Shown here: positions 1 to 12,454 of the stretch, piece by piece
Numbering within the stretch: the first letter of the stretch is position 1
How the letters are laid out: each line of letters starts with the position of its first letter
Source: Octopus sinensis
Taxonomy: Eukaryota
DNA length: 64,000 nucleotides
NCBI RefSeq assembly: GCF_006345805.1
Contig: NC_042998.1
Location: 190,526,001 to 190,590,000 of the forward strand
Direction of reading: 5' to 3'
Position numbers and translations under genes: made by a program
The notes under the pieces: generated by a model
Databases searched by the model: none
What the model was told of the DNA's origin: nothing
Seen by the model: only the letters and a program-made list of their open reading frames with translations

Positions 1-156
1 CATTGGTATTCTAGATTCGTTAGCAGAACTCCATCAGCTGTCAATGTTCATATTATATAGTTCGAAATAATAACGGAATCTTTAAGGGGAATCATTGTGA
101 GAAATAGCAAGCAAATCTCCAAAACGTACTTCATCATTTTTAATATTGAAAGGGTA

Positions 157-570
157 GGATCTTTTCGGTTTGAACGGCAGTTTTTAGCATAATTTCTAGG
201 TAACTAAAAAATTTTAAACTTCGTATACTGGTAGAATGTGTTTATAAAACATCTTGTTCTCTTGGCTTTATTGAGAAAATTCTATGGTTTGTAAGATATT
301 TGTTGTTTTTTTCTTCAATTTCTCCAATTTCAACCAATCAATGACCGTCTATTGAGGTGAAAACATTCTGTGCCGTATGAATATGTCCCTCGTTTAAGAA
401 ACAGATTAGGTTCATTTACATTTCTGAAGAAAAAAGACACCCTTCCCCCACCCATAACCCTAACCCTAAAATAGATTGAAATGCAATAGATCGATACTAG
501 GGTCATAATTATGAGTGGTAATTTCATATGACACCGCTAGAAAAAACTGCCGTTCAAACCGAAAAGATCC
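157..570. mobile_element. 414-bp MITE with ~29-bp TIRs and 8-bp TSD (Merlin-like or other 8-bp-TSD superfamily)
   Basis: GGATCTTTTCGGTTTGAACGGCAGTTTTT (157-185) is the reverse complement of 542-570. AAAGGGTA lies directly outside both ends (149-156 and 571-578). Confidence 0.9.
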
Positions 571-975
571 AAAGGGTACATTGAAATAATATAGTCCTAC
601 ACACATCTGAAAAGACGCGATCATCACGATCGGGGTGCCTTAGGCTTGCTCGATCAGTATCGGCCTGGAGCTAAATAACAATAACAGTAAACTATTGTTC
701 ACTACAGTATGTGTTGCTTATTCTGGAAAAAATCAAAACAAAATAAAAGAAACACCCTAAAAAAAAACAAAAAAACTCAAGTAAAACAAACTCGCCGATC
801 ATATCCTACTCTATTAGAAAACTCTTTTTCTCTTTCTCCCAGCAAAACGATAAACTAATCCTTCGTCATCTATCACTATTCAAATGATTTTGTAATAGAC
901 ACCCCACTTCATCTGTAGCTGAGCTGTAAGTGCCGTTACTGAGTTACAATACGAAGAAGCTGTTACTGCAATACC

Positions 976-1579
976 TATTTCTTTACGACCCACAAGGGGG
1001 CTAAACACAGAGAGGACAAACAAGGACAGACAAACGGATTAAGTCGATTACATCGACCCCAGTGCGTGACTGGTACTTAATTTATCGACCCCGAAAGGAT
1101 GAAAGGCAAAGTCGACCTCGGCAGAATTTGAACTCAAAACGTAACGGCAGACGAAATACCTATTTCTTTACTACCCACAAGGGGCTAAACATAGAGGGGA
1201 CAAATAAGAACAAACAAACGGATTAAGTCGATTCCATCGACCCCAGTGCGTAACTGGTACTTAATTTATCGACCCCGAAAGGATGAAAGGCAAAGTCGAC
1301 CTCGGCGGAATTTGAACTCAGAACGTAGCGGTAGACGAAATACCTATTTCTTTACTACCCACAAGGGGGCTGAACACAGAGAGGACAATCAAGGACAGAC
1401 AAACGGATTAAGTCGATTATATCGGCCCCCAGTGCGTAACTGGTACTTAATTTATCGACCCTGAAAGGATGAAAGGCAAAATCGACCTCGGCGGAATTTG
1501 AACTCAGAGCGTAGCGGCAGACGAAATACGGCTACGCATTTCGCCCGGCGTGCTAACGTTTCTGCCAGCTCGCCGCCTT
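976..1579 (-). mobile_element. tRNA-derived SINE (family 1) as head + 3 tandem ~185-bp bodies, flanked by a 21-bp TSD
   Basis: Minus-strand head GGCGGCGAGCTGGCAGAAACGTTAG is A-box-like; a B-box-like GAGTTCAAATT lies in each body. Units start at 972, 1157 and 1341. AGAAGCTGTTACTGCAATACC occurs at 955-975 and 1580-1600. Confidence 0.9.
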
Positions 1580-2199
1580 AGAAGCTGTTACTGCAATACC
1601 AAGGTAAGTCTAAGTAGTTGATTGCAACCAAGTAACTCTGCTACTTGAATATATCGACTTAAAAGTGCAGTTCTAATGGCTACGATTCTTTCGAATTTTG
1701 AAGGAAGGTTTTTTTTTCTTCTATTTAACTAAATTTGATAACTGGAAACTTTCCGAATCTTCATATGAATAAATAATGTATATACACGTTTCCATAGGTA
1801 TTTTTGATGAAGAAATGTTTGTAAATAACTATTTATACGGGAATTGAGGTTTGAAGAAATGTACATTTATATAAATATATTTATTTGATAAGACAGAAAA
1901 TGAGCTCAATCCACATGCGCTTCTAAAGCAAAAATTTCTTTTCCTTACATTTCTCCAAGTAACGTTTGTGTTCAATAGAATGAAATCTCTGTTTTAATAG
2001 TCATCGCATTTCTTTCAGTTTATGGTTCAACTACCATAAGTCGCTGGTGAATGCCGTGTACGTGTCTACTTCTATAATGGCCATTTCTATAAGTACAAAC
2101 ATATCGATGTCTGCAAAATGTATAGCTATGGCAACCAAGAAATGAAATATATTTATTTTTACATATGATTATTGTTTACATGACTTTTTGTTGAACAAT

Positions 2200-2244
2200 A
2201 TATATGTGTATTTATGAACACATACATACATGCATACAAGTATA

Positions 2245-2281
<37 letters not shown>

Positions 2282-2308
2282 GTTATATATATACATGTAT
2301 ACATACAC

Positions 2309-2345
<37 letters not shown>

Positions 2346-2560
2346 ATATATATGTTATATATCATTTATATATATACGTTATATATACATGATATATAAT
2401 ATATATATATATTATATACATTTATATATATACGTTATATATACATGTATACATACATATATATGTGTATATATTTATACACATATATATGTGTGTATGT
2501 ATGCATGTATATATACATACATGTATATATTACACACACACATATACATATATACACGCT
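2200..2560. repeat. (TA)n/(TACA)n compound microsatellite
   Basis: Direct inspection; this tract is the source of the YI/HI-rich ORFs. Confidence 0.95.
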
Positions 2561-3195
2561 TGTGTCTATATACAGTATTGTATTTAAAGGAACCAGCCAC
2601 TGTATTCAATTACAAATGGATCACACTTTTACATAGTATGAACATAATTTCTTCTCGAACCATTGAATCTGGTTACAGTATTCGAACATAAGCAACCAGA
2701 GGTTTCAACAATAGTCTATGGACGGCAGACCTTTGTAGCTTCTTTCCAAAACGATGAACCCTGACATAAAGTTCTTGCAATCAATCGACGTTATATTTCA
2801 GAACGGAAATTTATGCAAATTAGAAAAATATACAAGATGATTGTAATATCATTGTTCTTTGTTTCCTTTTCTCATTTTTATTACTAATGTAGAAAAATCA
2901 AATTCCGATTGACCAAAAGAGTCATGTAAACTGACATTCAAATTAAATATATTTCATTAGTTTTATATTTAGAAATCTAAAATTAGAAAAAATTAAAAAA
3001 AAAATTATATCAAGGTAGAAGACGTGACTAATTCTTTAAAATTTTATAAAAAACAGTATAAAATATACAAGTTGTGACAGTATCGATTTAATTTATTATT
3101 TTACGATTTTATGGTTGTCAGTTGCAATGTGTAACATATTTTGAAAAGATTTGAAAAGTCTCAAACTGAGAACTTTCCATCTCTAGAATAAATGT

Positions 3196-3530
3196 GAGGG
3201 CGCGTGGCTTAGTGGTTAGGGCATTCGGCTCATGATCGTAAGGTTGTGAGTTCGATTCCCGGCGACGCGTTGTGTCCTTGAGCAAGACACTTTATTTCAC
3301 GTTGCTCCAGTCCACTCAGCTGGCAAAAATGAGTTGTACTTGTATTTCAAAGGGTCAGCCTTGTCACTCTCCGTGTCACGCTGATTATCCCCGAGAACTA
3401 CGTTAAGGGTACACGTGTCTGTGGAATGCTCAGCCATTTGCACGTTAATTTCACGAGCAAGCTGTTCCGTTGATCGTATCAGCTGGGACCCTCGTCGTCG
3501 TAACCGGCGGAGTCTTTAAAAAAGTGAGAG
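3196..3530 (+). mobile_element. tRNA-derived SINE, CORE-like head B + tail X
   Basis: A-box TGGCTTAGTGG, B-box GAGTTCGATTCC, CORE-like TGTGTCCTTGAGCAAGACACTT. TSD AGAATAAATGT at 3185-3195 and 3531-3541. Confidence 0.85.
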
Positions 3531-4084
3531 AGAATAAATGTAATGAATGTTGTTCTTAATCAAACAACGTAAACAGCATAAAAAATATTCCTGCTTCAAT
3601 TGTTCTGCCTCCTACGAGTAAATTGGATGGCTGAAAGTGTTATATTATAGAATCAGGACTTGGCAATAAAGTTTTCAATAGGCTACTTCCAGGAAAGCTA
3701 TGATTGTATGTAATGAAAAATGCCTATGATTGAGATATCGTGTTAACACAGTTGAACATAGCTTTTTTTCTTTTAAGTTGGTTATAATTAACTATCATCA
3801 ATCACCTTTGATCATGTATTTTCACTTCAAGTTTTTTTAATATCAAAATGATTATTAAAATTTATGTCAAAGCGTTTTTGCATTTTTTCCATTTTATTTA
3901 TGTAATAACTGATCATAATCCTATCAAATCTAATTAATATTATATTGTATTATGGATTTTTAAAACGTTAAATATCAGTATAATAGTTTGATGGTAGTCT
4001 TTATCTGAAAGTTGGGAGAGCACACTTTCAACAAAATTTCCTATGCCATGCCACATTAATTCTATATTTCGAGCCAATGAGATC

Positions 4085-4275
4085 ACTCGACCTCTTAGAA
4101 GTAACAACCAAATCTTCTTCATATCACACTTCACTATCTTGAAAAGCTGGAAGGACACATTGGATAAAGTTGTCCTAGCAATACTGTATCAAAATAATAT
4201 ATGCAATGGTCATGATTGGAATGTCTTAATCACAAGTTTATTCGAGCATGACTGATTAGGGCTAAACAATAACAA
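4085..4275 (+). mobile_element. Degenerate dispersed repeat with (CAA)n-like tail (SINE-like family 4)
   Basis: Similar to segments near 593-690, 6215-6400 (-), 14915-15125, 36300-36860 and 37905-38105; shared motif AATAGCAGCCAAAT...CTAGGGCTAAACAAC. Confidence 0.6.
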
Positions 4276-5251
4276 GAGCAATTTTGTTATTTCCCAAGAA
4301 AGCTTTTTGTGTTAAAATCAGCGAATTTGTTTAGTTTGTTGATAAAAGATTAAGGATAAAACATATTTAAATATAAATATGATTTAAAAAATTTTCAGTG
4401 CAACACAAAAGAAGTCACTGTAACAGTTTTCTCTTTTCATTAACACGAAAAGATATACCTGTTAGAAAAATATAAGGATGTATTATATGAAAATTACTCC
4501 AAACTGAAGGAAAATAAAAGTAAGAAATAATGACATGAAAGAACTTTTACATTTTTCATAAAAGTAAGAATTGGCTGAAGTACAAAATGTAAAGAATATT
4601 CGTTGAATTTGTTTTGAAGCAAAAGATATTTGATGCCTTATTATCAGATGGAATTGAAAAGATTAATTCTCAGCAATAAGATTAGTAGAATAGAATGATC
4701 GGTGAAGAATCAAATGACTGAAAAGGAAAATAAAGCGATTGGAGAAACAGAAAAGAAAAGAAAAGAAAAGAAAAGAAAAGAGAAAACTGCATGAAAATAA
4801 AATAATAAATGAAAATATAAAAATACCCAACAAAACTTTAAATAGCAATTAAACTTAGATTTAATATCTTTTTGTTTACCAATGTTGGTTTGTTACTTTC
4901 TCTTCATGAAATTTTTTTGCTTGAAGTTATATACTTTAGGTTCGACCTAAAGACGAATGACTTCGTTATTTGGTGTTTCCAGTTCATATGTTGTCTCGAC
5001 CAAATGTAAATTTGATCATGAAACAGATTAATAGGAAAAGAAAAACGCAATTGTTTATCCTAGTGTCTTCAACCAATGTTTATTTTAAACTGATATGTTT
5101 TAAATAATAAACTTTAATAAAAGAGTAATTAGGACATCGAAGTCAAACTACGTTCAATGTTCTTGTATATTTATGAAAGAATTAAGCCTTTTGAAGAAGC
5201 TTTCAATATGAACCAAAAACAACTGCCATATATTAAAGACACACATACACG

Positions 5252-5292
<41 letters not shown>

Positions 5293-5331
5293 ACATACAT
5301 ACATACATACATACATACATACATACATACA

Positions 5332-5362
<31 letters not shown>

Positions 5363-7359
5363 GTGTGTGTGTGTATAGAGCTCGGCATACATGCGTGCGA
5401 AGGATGAATATTATTGTTAATAGCGGACTAGATATTCTATAGTCATGTGAATTTACTCTATCAGATTCTGCTAGTAAGGAAAATTCAAGAGGAAGAATGT
5501 TTTTCAAAGCAAGCTTTCACAGTTGCTTTCACCTGGTACTTATCGAAAATGGTATATTACGACAATTTCTCTAAAATTGATTCTTTACTTTACTTGAAGT
5601 AATAGTTTGTCCTATACTTTTACAGGTGTAATAACCTGTCCTGTACTTTTCCAGGTTTATAATCTTAAGAATATTACTTTTCATGCTCACATTTTTCCAT
5701 GTAATCCATGATTTTTCCAGACATTTCTGTTATAAGATAATTAATAATGTGTCAATAATTTAAGATGTTACCTTATAAAATACTGAAAGATAATATTCCA
5801 ATTTTTTCATGTAAGTGATGATAATATTTCAATATTTTTCATGTTTAATTTAAATATATGTTGTGATTGAATTATTAGATATTACCCATATACATCAAAT
5901 TAATGGCAAGGATTTTTACCATGTTTGTTGGTTGCACCATGGCTCACCAAAAGTTACAAACAACAAGACCCCAAAACCATCAGTTACCAGGCTCACCTAA
6001 TTTTGCAATATTAGGAGGTCACAGGAATTCATTCAACAAAAAACAAAATTCCAATGATTCCGGAATGGGGGGAACCCCTGCCTCTAATTTTTTCCGAACC
6101 AAAATAAGGGATTTGCAGATTTGCAGCATATTAGGAGGTCATGGTATTTGATTCCATGCAAAAAATCAAATTTTTTTTCTTAGTGAAAATTGTGCGGATA
6201 TTAATAGAGAAATTGACCACAATGTTGTTATTTAGCCTCAAATCAACCCTGATACTGCAAACGTATCATCAATGACATTCCAGCCTTCAGCAAACCGTCT
6301 TTTTAGGGATAATGTAGGACATCACATACAATGAGCATGTGATTTAGGTAGGGGGATACTTTGGCTGCTATTTTTAGCGTGTCGAGCGACCAGGTAGAGG
6401 CTCTTTCCTTGGTTCGATTGCGTGATGAGATTTTTTTTTACACATATATGTAATATATATGTATATCATCAGCAGAAGTTAGAGAATAAGTCAAAAGCTG
6501 AGTGTTTCGTGTATTGGCACTTATCAAACACAAATTTGTCCATTGTCACTCTGTAACTTCGGATGAAATAGCTTCTAAAATACAAAATTTTGTCCAAAAC
6601 GTTAAGAGTAAACCCTGTTCTATGTGACACATTCTACCAGTATCCGAAGTTTGAAAGTGTTTAGTTTAAAAAAAATTTAATTAAATAATCTGTACGTCTA
6701 ATTGAATAGATCTGAGATGGATGAAAGGCAAAGTCGACCTCTTGGGTAGATAGTAGTGCAGTTGAAATTCTTAAGTGCAGTAGAGAATATTTCAGTGTGA
6801 TGCATTTTATTCTGAGGCTGTTTTGAAAAAAAAATAGTTTCATCAGTTTAATAAATGCCAGAATCCTCACCTTTTCAAACAATAGTTATTTAGCCTCAGA
6901 TCAACCCTGATACTGCAAATGTATCATCAAAGACATTTATAGGTTTGGCACAAGACCAGAAAGTTCGGGAGAGGGAATGAGTTGATTACATCAACCTCAG
7001 TGCTCAACTGATACTTGTTTTATCGACCTCGAAAGCATCGCTACTGATTCTTCTCAATATTCAGATTATTGCATTGAAGTGACTATTTACTGGGAGTTAA
7101 TTCAGATGCCATTCAGGGCTATCCAAAGCTGAGGAAGTGCTTTCCATTAGCTGACTTAGAGATACGTAAATATTTGATGGAGTGACAAGTGCTCATGGCA
7201 TCTGAACTAAAGACGCAATTACAAGCCAACTAGATAACACTCAAAGTAGAGCTGTACACATCAATTGACTAATTATCAATGTTTTTACAATTTTCACTCT
7301 TTTATCAACTTTAATGTAAGAGAGAAAGTATCTGAATTTTATGCATTCGGTTCCTTCAG

Positions 7360-7481
7360 GTGAAATACAACACTTAACAGAAGCAGTTAGTAGCAAGCAC
7401 CGAACCCCTATGATGCAAACTATAGATGTTTCTGGTCACATTGACACAGAGAGACCTCAGACTGTACAACGCATAGATTAA
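7360..7481 (+). CDS. Possible terminal coding exon (EIQHLTEAVSSKHRTPMMQTIDVSGHIDTERPQTVQRID*)
   Basis: Acceptor TTCCTTCAG|G followed by 39 open codons and TAA in unique sequence. No recognisable homology. Confidence 0.2.
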
Positions 7482-7548
7482 AAGTTTTTCATTTTTACCT
7501 AGCTACTGTTGGTTGTTATTGCTTGTCTTTTAAGTAATAAGTTAACAT

Positions 7549-7600
<52 letters not shown>

Positions 7601-8221
7601 GCACACACACACACACACACACAGTTATGGTATATTTTGTTGAGAACGTAATAGAGTACAGTATAAAACCGTCCACCTTCAGATTTACCTTGTGCTACCC
7701 AGTAGTAGTATTATACGTACTTCCAGGTTTGCGCTTGGGCATCTGTCGTGTGTGAATAGGTAACTGAAAAAAAAAAAGAGGTGCGGTTGAACATTTATCT
7801 TTTAATTACTACAATTGCAATGTGGTTCTCCAGGTGTGCAGGTACTTGATTTTGCCAATGTTTCCCTGCATGATGAGATCTAGTTCTGCTTCCTCAGGTG
7901 GTATGTAAATATTGTTTCCGTAAGTTTAAAATCTTCGGCTACAAGAATAGCCAGTCTGTTTGTCGTGGCCTGAATTTAGTAGAAGTCAGTGAGATAATCA
8001 GGGTGTTTTGTTGCTGAAGGGCCGATGGCAAACTGCTTTGAATGTGTACATGTATTGGGATAGCGATTCTTGTACTGTTAAAGTGGTTGCCGTTTTAAAG
8101 AGATTGGTATTTTATTTCTTTGCACTGCTGATTTGTTCTTCTTGGTTGGCTGCACATGCAATTGACCTTTAAGATTCAACGCTCGGACATATACCCTCAT
8201 TCACATGTACACACACACACA

Positions 8222-8252
<31 letters not shown>

Positions 8253-8481
8253 CATAAATATATATATATATATTATATATATATATATATATTCACATAT
8301 ACATACATATATACACATATATATATACATATACACACACACACACATATATATATATACACATATACATGTATATACAGATACACATACACCTACACAT
8401 ACATATACATACGTATATACACGCACGCCCACATATACGGATATGTACGCGCACTCACATATATACACATATATAAACATA

Positions 8482-9732
8482 CAGTGTGGTGAAGCAAAAC
8501 TTGGAATATTTTGGAAGCCTCAATTTTCATATATTCCTGAGCGTAAATACTAAAATATTGTTTTCTATTTCAGGGTGGAGGTATAGAGAGTTAATTTAAG
8601 CAGAAGTTGCAGTCATACGATCTAGCATGTCCACGAGAAACCAAGAGACAACGCATTGCAGATTTGCTTCGTACCGGAGTTGCAATTAAACGTATCGCTG
8701 AGACTGTCGGTTCCACTATGAGCACTGTCTACAACGTTAAGAACCGAATGCTGGATATGGGAAGCATCAAGAGAGAGCAAGGAAGCGGAGGCATAAATAT
8801 AAAAAAAACGGTATAATGCATTTCTTAAATCTCTCAAAGCCAAAATTTCGAAAGACCCAACAACATCTATGAGAAAACTGTCCATGGGCATGAAAGTTGA
8901 TCCAAAGACCATCAGAAATTCTTTACACATTGATTTACATTTGGAGTCATACGTGAAGACCCCGAGACACCTATTGACTCATGCAATGAAAGCCAGATGG
9001 CGGGAAAGGGGCAAAAAAAGTGTTGCGATATCTGAAGCACAACCGTCAAAATCATTTCAGATGAAAACAATCTTTACCGATAAATACTGTTTTAAACCGT
9101 TGCAATGATCTATACATTGATAAGTCACCATCTGAAGTAGAGGGCGTCTTTAGGACCAAGCCCCCAGCTAAAGTCATGATACTCGGAGTCTGATGGAAAA
9201 AAATCCTCTCCATTTTTCCAAGTCTGGGGAAAAAGTTGGGGCTGAAGTTTATTATAAAGTCCTACGGTATAAGGTTTTGCCTTGGCTGAAGTCTGACTAC
9301 CCAAACGGTAATTATGTGTGGAGCCAAGATGGTGCCTCTGCTCATACGGCGAAGAAAGTGCAGAAATTCTGCGAAGAGAACTTCGCTGCCTTTTGGCCTG
9401 CCAACTTCTAGCCCAGACTCGAACCTTTGGACTGTGCTGTATGGGGCAAATTGGAGCCCTCTATCGACACAACTTCGCATCCAAGTCTTGATCATCTTAA
9501 GCAAATCCTGAGAGAAGAGTGGGACAATATGTTTGAGCACTTCATCACGAAGAGTTGTAACACCTTCAAGCGGCGTGTGAAGGCTGTGCTGGACAATGAA
9601 GGCGGACATATTGAATAAGTTGTCCCCTACAAACTTCTGTTAAAATTATATTTATGTCAGGTTGCTGGTTGTTGTAATATAAACAATTTGGTGAAATATC
9701 TATTATTTTCCAAGTTTTGGTTCCTCACCCTG
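8482..9732 (+). mobile_element. Full-length but decayed Tc1/mariner-superfamily transposon, maT (DD37D)-like
   Basis: Imperfect TIRs CAGTGTGGTGAAGCAAAACTTGGAA / CAGGGTGAGGAACCAAAACTTGGAA, with TA at 8480-8481 and 9733-9734. Frameshifted transposase: ETKRQRIADLL..., QDGASAHTAKKVQ, SPD(S)N.LD, EGGHIE*. Confidence 0.9.
8627..9618 (+). pseudogene. Transposase pseudogene (HTH + DDD domain, several frameshifts)
   Basis: ORF pieces 8607-8816, 8869-9108, 9193-9411 and 9427-9618 join into one mariner-like transposase. Confidence 0.85.
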
Positions 9733-9973
9733 TACCTACACTCGCACGCATATACATACACAGATGCTCGTATGTACACACACGTTTGCACACGCACACA
9801 CACGCACACACATATATATCTACTTACATACACACACACGCGCACACTCATATATATATATATTCACACACATGCACATACTCAAACATATATACACATA
9901 AATGCATACATACATACATACATAATACATACATACATATATATACATGCGTGTGTGTGTGTATGTATATACA

Positions 9974-10049
<76 letters not shown>

Positions 10050-10051
<2 letters not shown>

Positions 10052-10260
10052 GGGAGAATTCACAAAAAAACCCCAATAGACGAAGACAGGTGGTGTAGAC
10101 AACAAACAGATGTATTAGTTTAACGCTCGGGAAATGAAAAGTCTTTAACGTTTCGAGCCTACGCTCTTCCACAGAAAGGAACACAGAAAGGAACAGGGAG
10201 AGAAAATATGGAATGTGTAGTGGCTAGCGATCTATCATAGCGAATGCCGGATAGAGAGGT
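10050..10260 (-). mobile_element. Penelope pLTR-like non-autonomous element next to (TA)n
   Basis: Carries the hammerhead-like motif and abuts the TA tract at 9985-10050. Confidence 0.55.
10143..10178 (-). ncRNA. Minimal type I hammerhead-like motif with variant core CUGUGGA
   Basis: Minus strand: CTTT-CTGTGGA-A-GAGC(GTAG)GCTC-GAAA-CG-T-T-AAAG. Stems I and II pair; stem III is the palindrome ACGU. Confidence 0.6.
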
Positions 10261-11454
10261 TACAGAGGAGAGCTATAGACACGTAGATACGCATGTACCC
10301 ACATGCACACAAAGAATATGTACATGTATTTACATACATTCAATTATATATATACATAAGGAAGTTCAATAAAAACGAGTTATTTGAAGACTAATATTAT
10401 TTGAAGATTAATATGTTCTCACGAAAAGTTTTTAAGGAACAAAACCTTTCCATCTGTCGTTTCGATCGCAAGATTTACTGCAAAGTTTCTAAACAAAAAC
10501 AATATATATATTTGCCATATTCTATGTTACTTAAATAGTAGAATAGTTTTTCCTTCGTCGAAAGACACCTGTAATGCATGACTACCTTAGAAAAGTATTT
10601 ATTAGTCTCCTGGATTAGCAGGAGTTGAGACATACACAGATCTTAGTAATTGACTGACTCGTCTTATGAGTTGACTGAGGATGAAGCACTTCACTAGTGG
10701 ATTGACTGTGTCTGAGACATTGAATTTATGGAGAGATAGAGTCATTTGCACGAAATACACTTTTATCTAACCACTATCCTCAGTCCATTATTATCCACTT
10801 TTTTTGCATATCATCATTTTATTGATGTTAAATAAAATAATTGACTTTTGCTTTTTATCCCTTAGATATCCAGTATTTGCCTACTGCACACTGATTTTAC
10901 ATTAATAGTTTATCCGAACGTTCTTAAAACAGTTGAAGCAACATCAAAGAAAAATAGTTTGTCCATCCATTCAACCTTAAACAAGTTGATATCACAAGAG
11001 TTTCTTTTGATTTTCTTTGTTAACAGTTAAGTTATCTTGACCCAACAAACAACGCTCGAAACATACCCAACTGATTTTCTTTAACAAGAAAGCTTTATTT
11101 GCTTTTATTTGAAGTTACTGGAGACATTTTCTTGATTTTTCCTTCTTCACTTTATACTGACAAACAAAAGCCTTTTTGCACTTCCGGATATTCGGTCACA
11201 TCGATAAATTTTCTGTTGTCCTTTTCTATTGTATTGTAATAGTTCAATTCATTGAGAAAAGCAGATCAGTCTTTATATTCGGAATTAATTGGTCGCACTC
11301 GTCTGACATGATATTTCAGCGTATGATGCATTGTGTTTAAATTCATATTTTATCAATAATTGTTAGCAAGGGCATTTTAGAGTGGTCAGCGTCTGTTGAA
11401 AACGAATATTTTGCTTTCAGATTTTAAAACTGAAAGTAGAAAATAATACTGGTT

Positions 11455-11590
11455 ATACTTCAAAGTACCAAGTTGGACTATAGTTCAAGGTACTAAGGTT
11501 GATATAGACTTCAGAATACGAAAATTGTACAGACTTCAGACTATTAACGTCGTATAGACTTCATTGCATCAGCATTGACATAGAGGTCAA
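11455..11590. repeat. Degenerate ~25-bp minisatellite (core TATAGACTTCA)
   Basis: 5-6 recurrences of TA(T/C)A(G)ACTTCA at ~25-bp spacing. Confidence 0.6.
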
Positions 11591-12454
11591 TTTCCCTTAT
11601 GATGTGAGATTCACATTTTTAACTAAATACTAGAGTGTTTTGAAACGCATGCAGATGATCAAACAGAATAAGTAAAGGTTAGACAAAATAACCCTTATGG
11701 TATTTGGTTATTTCTCTTTTTGTTTTGAGTCTGATCTCACCTAGGTTTTCATTTTTTCGAGGTCGTTAAAATAAGTACCAGTTTACAAATTCCTGGTTAG
11801 ACCCAATACACTATCATAGTCACAATCGAATGATCTGAAACCGGCAAAAGTAAAAGAGACACGCACCAATTCATGTGCATATAGATACAATACACACATC
11901 CAACATCCACATGAATATACATGCACAAACATACACATAAATATACGCACACACATAAGTGCACTAATCCCTACAAAATCACATATATTTGAAACTATCC
12001 ATTGAAGTTGCCTATAAGATAATAAGCAAACTATCCATCTTTGTTTTGTTTGTAATTAGATTTAATAGAGCTTAGTGAAAGGAGGAAGAGTAGCATTCAT
12101 GATCGTTTTCAAGGCCCCTGTGACTAGGAGGAGGAAGTTATGCTCAGATCAGAGATTCAGCCTGAATGCTTGTAACATAGGGGACACCACTAAAGGCAAC
12201 CAGAGTACCAAGTATTGCTGTTAAACCGATTATATGTATATCGTCCAAGGATAAGACTGACCCTCCCCCCCACCGACAAGTTTCCATACAGTTCCATCAA
12301 CCAAATTTTAATAACAAGGCTTTGATGGACACGAGGATGTAGTAGAAATTTACCAAAGTGTTACATAGTGGGTTTGAACCTGGAACGAAGCAAATTGTTT
12401 TAACCACGCTCATGTCTGCTGATAAATGATAAAAACAAAATCACTGAAGTCGCA

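Noticed and set aside
455-469. TAACCCTAACCCTAA as an interstitial telomere
   Set aside because: Only 2.5 units, and internal to a MITE.
972-1526. Regular ~185-bp repeats and the 25-bp array at 11455 as CRISPR-like arrays
   Set aside because: Eukaryotic context, no cas genes, and units are whole-length repeats without unique spacers of CRISPR size.
3196-3275. tRNA-like sequences with A and B boxes (also at 26961, 38257, 63350 and others)
   Set aside because: They continue into SINE bodies with TSDs and lack a complete cloverleaf, so they are SINE heads, not tRNA genes.
7119-7210. 12-bp inverted repeat TTCAGATGCCAT / ATGGCATCTGAA
   Set aside because: Short, no TSD seen and no second copy; may be chance.
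7680-8170. Fragmented minus-strand open frames resembling a LINE ORF1 remnant
   Set aside because: No diagnostic motif and several stops; not assignable.
10900-11330. Coding-looking minus-strand stretch with several in-frame stops
   Set aside because: No recognisable domain; cannot separate pseudogene from chance.
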